DNA of 64,000 bases from Mycoplasmatota bacterium. GTDB taxonomy: Bacteria > Bacillota_I > Bacilli_A > Mycoplasmatales > MT37. Under the pieces are notes generated by a model that worked only from the letters and a program-made list of their open reading frames with translations, searched no databases and was not told the origin of the DNA. Each line of letters starts with the position of its first letter. Position 1 is the stretch's first letter. The stretch spans positions 283,494 to 347,493 of the forward strand of contig CP138194.1 in assembly GCA_033560715.1 (NCBI GenBank), read 5' to 3'. The translations under genes and the position numbers were made by a program. Shown piece after piece: positions 22,431 through 36,527 of this stretch.

Positions 22431-24032
22431 ATGAATAAAGAAATTCTTATTAAATTATCAAAAACTCCCAACAAAATTGGTTGTTATCTTTTAAAAAATC
22501 GTGAAAATGAGGTTATTTACATTGGAAAATCAATTAACATTGCCAAGCGAATAAAAACGCATCTTTTTCGGCCACAAAACCGTAGCGCTTTAGCGATGGC
22601 AAAACAAACAACGAATTGAGATTTTTTTTTAACTAATATTGAAAAAGAAGCGTTTATTCTTGAACAAAATCTAATTAAAAAATATTTGCCGCGTTATAAT
22701 GTTATTTTAAAAGATGATCGAAGATATCCTTATATTTATATTAGTAGTAAAAATAAAAATCCGCGTTATTATTTAATTTATTTGCCAAAAAAAATGGTTG
22801 GTGATTTTTACGGACCGTTTCCAGATCAATACAGTGGAAAACAATTATTAAATTTATTAGAAAATTTATTTCCATTAAAAAAATGTCGTTTAGAAAAAGA
22901 AAATAAACCTTGTATTTATTATCAAATTGGACAGTGTTTAGGTGGATGTTGAAAAAAAATTCCCCTTGAAGTCTATCAAAAACAATTAAAAAACATTAAG
23001 AAATTTTTTCAAGGTAAAATTGCATTTGCAACGAAAAATTTAAATCAAAAAATTAAAATTGCAAGTGCTAATATGCAATTTGAACAAGCCGGAAGATGAA
23101 AGAAAACACGTGATAATTTGATTAATTTTGTCGGCAAACAAATTGTCGAATTTAATGATTATCTTAATCGTGATTTTATTCAATATTATCAAATTAATGA
23201 TCACATTTTAATTCAAGTTTTTTTTTATCGTGTCGGTAAACTACAAATGCAAACCCATTTTTGAACTAAATTGTACAACGACAATTGTAACGAAACGATC
23301 GAAAATTATTTACAATCAATGTATTTAAATCATATTTTACCGAATGAACTTATTATTAATCGTGATTTAAAATTAACTAATTTTCAAAATTTACATCCAC
23401 AATTAAAAATTGTCACACCGCAACGTGGTAAAAAATTGCATATTTTACAATTAATGTTTGAAAATTGTCAATCAAAAATTCAAAATTATTTGCATCAATC
23501 ACCAAAAAGTCAACAAAAAACGATTGCTTTACAAGCTTTAAAAGCGATGATTAAATTAAAAAAATTAAATACAATCGATTTTATCGATTTATCATATTTA
23601 AATAAAGACAATTTAGTGATTGGGGTTGTGAATCGATTTTTAAACGGATGAGAAATTAAAAATCAACATCGTTATTTTATTTGAAAAGATAATCAAAATT
23701 GAAGCGAAAAAGAATTTTTTGCCGAAATTGTAACTAAAACTTACGAAAAAATTGAAAATCAACCCGATTTGTTATTAGTTGATGGTGGATTTTTGCAATT
23801 AAAAGGAACAAAAAACGCTTTAAAAGATAAATTATATCGGTTTGAAATTTGTGGTTTGATTAAAAATGATAAACATGAAACAAAATCTTTATTATTATCA
23901 AATCATCAAAAAAAATCTTTACCTGCTGGAAGTGATTTATTAATGTTTTTACGTTATTTACAAGAATGTGGACATTTAAATGCGATTCGTTATTTTAAAA
24001 AATTAAAAGTGAAAACCGATTTAACTAAATAA
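22431..24032 (+). CDS. uvrC: Excinuclease ABC subunit C
   Basis: Fragments 22431.., 22686.., 23271.. and 23769..24032 are all in one frame joined by TGA (533 aa). The N-terminal GIY-YIG domain reads GCYLLKNRENEVIYIGKSINIAKRIKTH. Confidence 0.9.
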
Positions 24033-24477
24033 TTTTATTCGTTTTTGGTGGCGAATTGCATTTGAAAATGCAGTAGTTAAAAACATTAATATCGCTTTTT
24101 TAACAGTTCGAAAATGCAATAAGCGCGCTCCAAAGGTAATTACGTTTGCATTATTATGTTCACGTGCTAATTTTAAACCTGATCAATCGGTTTGACAAAA
24201 TCGATACGCTCTTCAAAAACGAAAACGGTTTGCTACCATTGCAACACCAATACCAGAACCACAAATTAAAATGCTAAAATCGGCATTGGTAATTTGAAAT
24301 TGTTTGGAAGCTTTCTTAATTACTTGTGGATAATCAACTGGTTTTGTTGTTTTAATCGGAATATCAATGATTGTGATCGGAATAGTTTTTAATCATTTAA
24401 TTAATTGGTTTTTTAAAGTTAAACCAGCCAAATCACAAGCAATTACAATTTTTAAATGTTTTAAAGTTACAAGTGAA

Positions 24478-24500
<23 letters not shown>
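24021..24500 (-). CDS. rpiB: Ribose-5-phosphate isomerase B (RpiB/LacAB family)
   Basis: Read by eye: ...LKIVIACDLAGLTLKNQLIKWLK...ILICGSGIGVAMVANRF...ANVITFGARL. Stop at 24021-23, overlapping the uvrC 3' end. The start is uncertain. The in-frame ATG at 24498-24500 lies inside the rpoC 3' end. There is no ATG/GTG/TTG next to the conserved KIVIACD. Confidence 0.7.
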
Positions 24501-28224
<3,724 letters not shown>

Positions 28225-31200
28225 TTATTGTGGTTCCTTATTTGTGAAATCGTTTTTATTGATGTTAATAATTTCTGTATTCAAACATAATCCTTTCATT
28301 TCGGCCATTAAAACGTTAAATGATTCTGGAAAGTTCTCAAAATAAAAGTTTTTAATTTTACCGTTAATAATATTGTTGTAAATTCGGTTACGTCCAATAA
28401 TATCATCGGATTTAATTGTTAATAATTCACGTAAATTGTGGGCAGCGCCGTATGATTCTAATGCTCAAACTTCCATTTCTCCAAAACGTTGACCACCATT
28501 TTGAGCTTTACCTTTTAATGGTTGTTGTGTAATTAATGTATAAGGTCCAACGTTACGAGCGTGAATTTTGGTATTAACCATGTGTGATAATTTTAGATAA
28601 TATAAAATTCCGACCGCTACTTTTTGATCAAAAGGTAATCCGGTTTCACCATCATATAAAAATTCTTTACCTGATAAATCGACATTCGCTTCTTGCATAA
28701 TTGCTTTTAAATCTTGTTTGCTTGCACCATTGAAAATTGGTGTGGCAATTTTAACATTTAATTTATGTGCCGCATAACCAAAATGCATTTCTAATAATTG
28801 TCCAACGTTCATTCGGGATGGAACACCAAGCGGATTAATTAAGATATCAACTGGAGTTCCGTCAGCTAAAAATGGCATACTATTTTCCGGTAAAATTTGG
28901 GAAATAACCCCTTTATTACCGTGACGAGAAGCAATTTTATCACCAACTTGAATCGGAATTTTACGGGCAACAAAAACTTTGATAATTTCAATTACATCAC
29001 TATTTAACGTAATATCATAATCAACACTTGAATAACGTTGTACACGTTGTACAATTCCATAATCACCGGTTGCAACTGTTAATGAACTATTTTCAACGTT
29101 TTGTTCACGACCACGAAATAGTTGATTTAATAAACGATCTTCCGGAGTGATTTGACCTTTATCACGTGGTGTTACTTTTCCAACTAAAATGTCGCCAGGC
29201 AAAATTTCACTTCCAACCACAACAATCCCGTTTTCATCAAGTAAACGACGAGCATTTTGGCTAGTATTAGGAATTTCGGTCGTAAATTCTTCATCACCTA
29301 ATTTAGTTCTTAAACGGCGAATTTCATATTCATAAACGTGAACTGAACTGAGAACATTTTCTCGTACTAAACGTTCACTAATAATTAATGCGTCTTCGTA
29401 ATTGTAACCTTTTCAAGTTGTAAAAGCAACTAATAAGTTTTTCCCAATTGCTAATTCACCGTTATCAATTGCAGCACCATCAGCAATAATTTGTTGTTTG
29501 GCAATTTGATCACCAATTTTTACTAAAGATGAATGATATAAAGCGGTTTTTTGATTCGAAGGTAAAAAATTATCAAGATAATACACATCAGTTTCGGCAT
29601 TTTCATTTAAAATTTCGATTTTTTGACTATCAGCATAAGTTACTTTTCCGGCATTACGCGCAACAATTGCAAATCCAGAATCACGTGCCACAATGTGTTC
29701 AGTTCCGGTTGCAACAATTGGTGAATCAGGTTGAATTAAAGGCACCGCTTGTTTTTGCATGTTTGCTCCCATTAATGCTCGGTTGGCATCGTTATTTTCT
29801 AAAAATGGAATCGAAGCAGTTGGAGCAGAAAACATTTGTTCGGTTGAATAACCAATGTATTCAACTTTATTACGCGGTACAGAAGTTAAGTTATCATTAA
29901 AGTAAATAATAACGTATTCATTAATTAATTGACCTTGATCATCAAATTTTGTTGTTGCTGGTGCAATTAAAGCGTGTTTTTCATCAAGTGCTGATAAATA
30001 CACGATTTTATTTGTCAAACGTCCGTTAATTACTTGTCGATACGGTGTTTCAATAAAACCAAATTTATTAATTCGTGCATTAAAAGCTAAATTGGTAATT
30101 AATCCAATGTTTGGTCCTTCAGGAGTTTCGATCGGACAAATTTTTCCAAGAAATGATGAATGAATATCACGAATTTTCGAAGATGCACTTTCACGTTTCA
30201 AACCACTTTCACCTAAAATGGTAATACGACGTTTATTTGATAATTCCGTTAATGGATTAGTTTGATCTAAAAATTGACTTAATTGCGAAGTATTAAAGAA
30301 ATCTTTAACGGTTCCAGAAATGAAATTTAAATTAATTAAATTGACGATTTTATCTTCATTATTATTAAATGAATTAATTGTTAAATCATTTAATTTACGA
30401 ATTAAATCGTTACGAGTTTTATTCAAACCAGTTTGAAAACGATTAATTAATAATTGACATAAAGTTTTAACGTATCGATTGCTCAAACTATCGATATCAT
30501 CAAGTTGCCCAGCACCAATTGATAAATTTAAAGTGTAAGCAACAATCACAACCAAATCAACAACTGTTAATGTTTCAGATTGACATTGTGAATCAACACC
30601 GATTAAATTAATCACTTTTTTTTGATCGTAATTATCTTCATAAACTTGCACAGTTTGAAATAAATTGTGGCTTTTAATTAGTTTTTTATCAAATTTTAAC
30701 GCTACTAAATGATTACGGTCTTCATTAAAGAATTTCGTTAAAATGTGATAGTATTCTTTCGTAATTAATGTGCCTTTTTTAATTACTAATTTTTGGGTTT
30801 TTTCATCGATTAAATCAGTTGCTAAAACACGATCAAACAATAAATCAACAATTGAAAGTTTACGATTAATTTTATAACGACCAATTTGTCCTAAATGAAA
30901 CTTCCGATCGGTAAAAAATTGATCTAAAATTGTTTGTAATTTTTCTTGAAAATCTAATCCTTTATTAGGATTAAATAGTTTTGAATAAACGTTTTCAACT
31001 GTTTTAACAATTTCGCTTTCGTAACGATAATGCTGATAAGAACCAACAATCACTTCGTGATGATTTAAAAGATCTAAAATAACTTTTTTTTCTAATCCTA
31101 AAATTGTGAAAAGATTACTGATTAAAACGTTATTTGATTTTTGTTTATTAAGAATAATTTCAAAAATCGGTAATGCTTTTTGATTCGTTTCACTAGTCAA

Positions 31201-31965
31201 TTTTTTATAACTAATATGACGAATAACACAATCCATTCATGTTCCAAAATTAGGAATAATTTCGGATTTGAACACTTTATTTAATTGACTAATTGATTCA
31301 GCAAAGTAAACTCCTGGTGCTCTTACCAATTGCATTACAATTACTTTTTCATTTCCGTTAATTAAAAATGAACCTTTATGAGAAATGTATGGATATTCGC
31401 CAAAGAAAACATTTTCACGTTTTTTAAGATTTAAATCTAAATATCAGTATTCTGCTTTTTGTTTTTTGATTGTAACTGTTACTAATAATTTGTTTTTATA
31501 AAGTTTTTTTTCGTCCGTAAAACTGTAAACATTATTGTTTTGCGCAATTAAAACTGGTTGGGTGAAATTTAAACGTTGTTTTAATCATAAATTTAGAACT
31601 TTTACCGGATCGTTTTTTAAACGTTCCGCAATTTTTCCGGCGGGAATTTCAATATCTGATTTTTGAATTTTAAGTAATAAATCTAAATTAATTGAAAACG
31701 TATATGAACCCAATTCATTTTTAACAGTTTGATAAGTTTTACGTGGTTTACCAATATCAAGTTTTTTTAAAACAATTTGGTGTTTTTTATCAGTTGCATA
31801 AACTGGAAAGTAAGACTCAAAAAGTTTTGGTAATGCAGTATTTAAAAAATAATTAAAATCTTCTTCAACAAAACGATTTAAATTGATTTTTAACGACGAA
31901 AGATCATTTTTATTATAATTACGCCGCTTTGCGTTCTTACCAAAAGATGTTATTTTGAAAGTCAT
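28225..31965 (-). CDS. rpoB: DNA-directed RNA polymerase subunit beta
   Basis: Fragments 31585..31965, 29413..31236 and 28465..29220 are in one frame (1246 aa). Contains [19 protein letters not shown]. The TAA abuts the rpoC ATG. Confidence 0.95.
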
Positions 31966-32031
31966 GTTTTATATATAAATGAAAATAAGAATTTTTATTT
32001 TATCACTCTTTTTTAATTTTGTGGTTTTTAT

Positions 32032-33621
32032 TTATTTTTGATGATTTAAACACTTATTAATAAAGGTTAAAAATAAAGGGTTAGGGTTTAATGGTCAAGA
32101 AGTTCATTCAGGATGAAATTGGACAGCTACAAAAAAAGGATGATTTTTGAGTTCTAAAATAACCGGAATATTTTGATCGTCACGACCACTGAAAACCAGA
32201 TTATTTTTGATAAAATCAGTTTCAAAAAGATTATTATACTGAAAACGATTTCGAAATCGACCAAATACAGTTGAAGATTGAAAAATTTTTGCTGTTAAAG
32301 TGTTTGGTGTTAATGAAATTTTCTGGACACCAATATTGATATTTTTCATATTTGGATCAAACCAATCAATAATTGGAAATGCTGTTTTAGGATCAAATTC
32401 AGTTGAATTTGCATTCATTTTTTTTAAAACATTACGTGCTAATTCAATTAAAACGAGTTGAAATCCTAAACAAATTCCTAACAACGGAATTTTATTTTTG
32501 CGTGCGTATTCAATTGCAATCATTTTGCCTTCAGTTCCACGTTTTCCAAAACCACCCGGAATCAGAATACCATCGTAACCATTTAATCGTTGTGAAACGT
32601 TTGCAACTGTTAATTCTAATGGATTTATTTCATCGTATACAAAGGCAATTTTATGATAATTGCAAGCAATTAAAAGTGCATGATAAAGCGAAAGATATGA
32701 TTGACGAAAATTAGGATATTTATTAACAATCGCGATTTTAATTGGTTGATTAGTTTTGGCAATTTCAAAATTTTTCGTAATTGTTAATCAACTGTCAGGA
32801 TTTTGATGGTCTTTCAAATTTAAACGTTTACATAAACTATTAAATAGTCCAGATGCTTTAATTGTTTTTGGAATTAAATAAATGTTTTGATCAGGAATTT
32901 GTACTGTTTGATTAGAATCAAGAAAAGTTAGTTTTTGAAATTTGGCCATGATTTCATCGGGAATTATACGATCGCAACGCGCAAAAACAAAATCAGGTTC
33001 AATTGCGTGTTCACGCAATTCTTGAATTGAATGTTGTGCTGCTTTAGTTTTAAATTCTTCAACATGACTTAAAAACGTAATGTAAGTTAAATACGTAAAT
33101 GCGACTTTTTGAACCCCGTATTTACGTTGCATTTGTTTTGCGGCAGTTAAAAAAACCCGAATATCATTATTCGTTACTGTCCCACCAAGTTCGATAATAA
33201 AAATATCAGTAGTTGGATTATCGATGAATAATTTTTCATAACGATCTTTAATTTCAGCAACAACTTGATAAAAATCAATTGTTTTCCCAAGAAACTTGCC
33301 AAGTCGTTCTTTTTTTAGTAATTCTGAATAAATTTGTCCACCGGTAATCAATGATTGACGAGTTAAATTTTGATTTAAAAATCGTTCATAATGCCCTAAA
33401 TCAAGATCAGTTTCTAATCCATCATTAGTAACAAATACTTCACCGTGTTCATTGGGATTTAAAAATCCCGGATCAATATTTAAATAGCTATCATTTTTTT
33501 GAATAATGACGGTGTTATTGTTCTCTTTAAAAAGTTTTCCTAATGAAGCGGCAACTAAACCTTTTCCAATTCCTGAAAAAATACCACCAATAACAAAAAT
33601 AAAACGTTGATTAGATTTCAT
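32032..33621 (-). CDS. pyrG: CTP synthase
   Basis: Fragments 32788..33621 and 32104..32523 are in one frame (529 aa). N-terminus FIFVIGGIFSGIGKG. The glutamine amidotransferase domain has GICLGFQL and FHPE. Confidence 0.95.
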
Positions 33622-33709
33622 ATATTTAATAACTTTTATTTAAAAGAATTAAAAACAATTCACTTTATTAATCGATATCAATAAAATAATTGATTAATAA
33701 ACAAATTAA

Positions 33710-33735
33710 GCACATAAAATGTGCCTAATTTTTTT
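33710..33735. terminator. GCACAT-AAA-ATGTGC hairpin flanked by T-runs on both strands
   Basis: 6-bp GC-containing stem at 33710-33724. On the + strand it is followed by 7 T (33729-33735). On the - strand it is followed by UUAAUUUGUUUAUU. It lies between the tracrRNA candidate and the pyrG start, about 90-110 nt upstream of the pyrG ATG. Confidence 0.4.
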
Positions 33736-33737
33736 AT

Positions 33738-33862
33738 TAAAATAATTTGGGGCTTTTGGGATCCCCAACCCTACAGGTTACTACGAAATGTAGACCTTTA
33801 TCTTATTACTTTAGAAAAAAAGTTAAAACTTCTTTTCTAGTTACCGAATATAATTATATCAT
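33738..33862 (-). ncRNA. Candidate tracrRNA (anti-repeat interrupted by a hairpin)
   Basis: + strand blocks ATCTTATTAC (33800-09) and TAGTTACCGAATATAAT (33838-54) match repeat nt 1-8 and 10-25. On the - strand they are therefore complementary to + strand pre-crRNA. Downstream on the - strand are AAAGGUCUACAUUUCGUAG and a GC-rich hairpin UUGGGG..CCCCAA (33747-68) plus AUUAUUUU. Confidence 0.55.
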
Positions 33863-33909
33863 CAAAAATGATTTTAAAAATATAAAATTAAAATAAATAA
33901 AAATCAAAA

Positions 33910-34806
33910 ATGAGTTGAAAAACAATTGTTGTTCGAATTAGTGATTATCTGTTCTTAAAAAACGGACAATTACATTTTAAACAAGAAAACCAAACCACAG
34001 CGTTTCCAATTAAAGATATTAATTGTATTATCATTGAAAAAACGAATACAAATTTATCTGTCCCTTTATTAAATGCATTAATAAAAGCTAATGTTTATGT
34101 CATTTTTTGTAATGAAAAACATGATCCAAACGGTGTTATTTTACCGTTTCATAATCATTTTCAACCACTAAAGATTTTAAATTATCAACTTGAAATGGGA
34201 AAAAACTTAAAAAAACAAATATGAACAAAATTAATTGAAACAAAGATTCAAAATCAAATTGCCGTTTGTAAAATGTTGAAAATTAATCCCGAAAACATTG
34301 AAAAACAACAAACATTATTGAAAAAATTAATTTTCAATGATCCACAAAATTATGAAGGTATTACAGCGCATTTATTTTTTAAAGCTTTATACGGTAGTAG
34401 TTTTGTTAGACACACTGATGATGGGATTAATTCCGCTTTAAATTATGGTTATAAAATTATTGTTTCAGCAATTTCTCGAACAATTGTAAAGTACGGATTA
34501 TTAAATTATTTGGGAATTCATCACGTTGGTAAAACTAATCAATTTAATTTAGCATATGATTTAATTGAACCGTTTCGACCATTAGTTGATTATTTTGTTA
34601 GTTCGATGGGTGAAGAAATTGACGATTGTTTAATTTATAATCAACGCCTAAAATTAATTAATATTTTAAATTTTAAGGTCCTAATTAAAAATCAACAACA
34701 TACTGTTATAAATGCAATCGAAATAATGATAAATCACTTTGTTCAAACAATTAAAAATAATGATTTTAATACTTTTGTTGTTCCAAAGTTAATTTTTGAA
34801 AATTAA
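33910..34806 (+). CDS. cas1: CRISPR-associated endonuclease Cas1 (type II)
   Basis: ATG at 33910 gives MSWKTIVVRISDYLFLKNGQLHFKQEN... (type II Cas1 N-terminus, W encoded by TGA). It is in frame with fragment 34273..34806 (298 aa). Followed by cas2. Confidence 0.9.
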
Positions 34807-34850
34807 AACGAGTTTTTGTTAAAATAAATTTAAGAATAGAAGATGATTCA

Positions 34851-35180
34851 ATGAATTCAAGAATTAGAATGATGCGAATTCTTTTAATGTATGATTTACC
34901 AAGTACAACTGTCAAAGCACAGAAAATTTATAATGTTTTTCACAGTTTTTTATTAAAAAATGGTTTTTATATGATTCAAGAATCAATTTATTGTTGTTTT
35001 GCCAAAAGTTATATGACAGCAAAATTAGTTATTAAAAAAGTACAAAAAAATAGTCCGAAAATTGGTGATGTTCGTTGTTTAGTTATCACGGAAAAACAAT
35101 ATCAAGAAATGCATTTTTTTGCTGGTAAACGCAGTTATCAAGAAATGCTTTTTAATCCTGATCCAATTTTAGAAATTTAA
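34851..35180 (+). CDS. cas2: CRISPR-associated endoribonuclease Cas2
   Basis: 109-aa ORF. MRILLMYDLPSTTVKAQKIYNVFHSFLLKNGFYMIQESIY matches the Cas2 ferredoxin-fold N-terminus pattern (LhhYDh...R..F...L...GF..hQ.SVY). Confidence 0.9.
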   Translation: MNSRIRMMRILLMYDLPSTTVKAQKIYNVFHSFLLKNGFYMIQESIYCCFAKSYMTAKLVIKKVQKNSPKIGDVRCLVITEKQYQEMHFFAGKRSYQEMLFNPDPILEI

Positions 35181-35185
35181 TTATT

Positions 35186-36364
35186 ATGAAAACAATTGAA
35201 ATTACTAATCTTCGCTTTGAACGGCAAAAAATTACCTTTGAAGATCGTTTGGCAATCTTAACTGGTCATAATCGATCAGGAAAAACATTAATTTTAGAAC
35301 AAATTGCTGATGCTTTAAAAGAAGGTAGTAATCATGTTTTAATTGATCAACAACCGGTTCAAAGAGGTCAGTTTCAAGTTGCTTATTTATCAAGCGAAAC
35401 ACGATTAAAAGATGAAATCAAATTAACCAAAACAAGTTCGTTTCGTAATCATTTAATTTCCAAAATTAATCATTTATTAATTAATGATCAAAATTATCAA
35501 CAACTTAGTTCGCAAATTGATCAATTAGCAAATAAAATTGAAGAATTAACTAATTTAGCATTAAATCCACACGCTAATGCTTTTACGAATCAAAATATTA
35601 AATTAAAATTTGATACTTCAAAATTTAGTTTGGAAAAAATTGTTGATAAATTATTAAACATAGATTTGATTAATCAAATTAATCAAAATTCACTCGATGA
35701 AAAAAGTTTTAATAGCTTTTTATTAAGAATGGTCGTTTTTAATGTTTTATTGGCAGGTTTAAATTTTACCGATTTACAAAGACCGATTGTGATTTTAATT
35801 GATGATCCAGCAGCGTTTGCAAATTATCAAACTCTTACTGAATTTGCGTTCGAATTAAGAAAGTTATTAAAATTTGAAAATCTTTACATTTGTATTGCAA
35901 CTAGTAATGCTGATTTTGTACAGCAAATGAATTGTAAAATTAGTGCAATTCATTACATTAAAAATCGTCAAATTATTGATTTTAAAAATTATCAAACTAT
36001 TATTGAAAAAGCTATTACCATTTTTAGTTTTTGAAAAAGTACTGACCATCAAAATTGACAGGCATATCAAATTGCATTGAAACCAATTCTTGAAATTGCA
36101 GATTTAGAACGCGAATTTACATTGTTTTGACAAAGTGAATTTTTAAATTGATTTAAAATGTTATTTGCTAATCAAATTACCTTTATTAATGAAAGTGAAT
36201 TAATTAAATTTGATTCGGCTAGTGAAAAATTTAATTTAATTTCACGCTCAAATTATAAAAATCAAATTATATTATTTTGTTTTGCAAAAGCGTTTGAAAT
36301 TAAAACGGTTTTTAGTGAAAAAAATCAACAAAAATATCAAAAAATTAACTTTTTATGAAGTTAG
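35186..36364 (+). CDS. csn2: Csn2-position protein, 392 aa, P-loop NTPase with intact Walker A and B
   Basis: Fragments 35186..36034 and 36158..36358 are in one frame joined by TGA, with TAG at 36362-64. It is the fourth gene after cas1-cas2 and directly before the leader, which is the II-A csn2 slot. Walker A is GHNRSGKT (aa 27-34) and Walker B is IVILIDD (aa 201-207). Confidence 0.7.
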
Positions 36365-36386
36365 TTTTTTCAAAAACATGAATTTT

Positions 36387-36420
36387 TTGCAATAAAATCT
36401 AAATTTATTGCAACTTTTTT
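36387..36420 (+). terminator. Rho-independent terminator after csn2
   Basis: 10-bp stem TTGCAATAAA-ATCTAAA-TTTATTGCAA followed by C and six T. Confidence 0.6.
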
Positions 36421-36469
36421 GAAAAAAGAATTTTAAAAAAAATGATAAATGATTATTTTTTTTGTTCGG

Positions 36470-36498
36470 TTAGAACGAATAAATTAAAAATTTATAAT
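36470..36498 (+). promoter_or_regulatory. Putative leader promoter for the CRISPR array
   Basis: TTAGAA (36470-75), a 17-nt spacer, then TATAAT (36493-98), about 30 nt upstream of the first repeat. A second TATAAT lies at 36521-26. Confidence 0.45.
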
Positions 36499-36527
36499 AC
36501 TTTTTTGGCATGTGTTTTGTTATAATG

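Noticed and set aside
24441-24455. Possible TTA initiation codon for rpiB, which would give the canonical MKIVIACD N-terminus.
   Set aside because: An in-frame ATG exists 45 nt upstream (24498-24500), and TTA initiation is very rare. The start cannot be decided from sequence alone, so the longer model is reported with reduced confidence.
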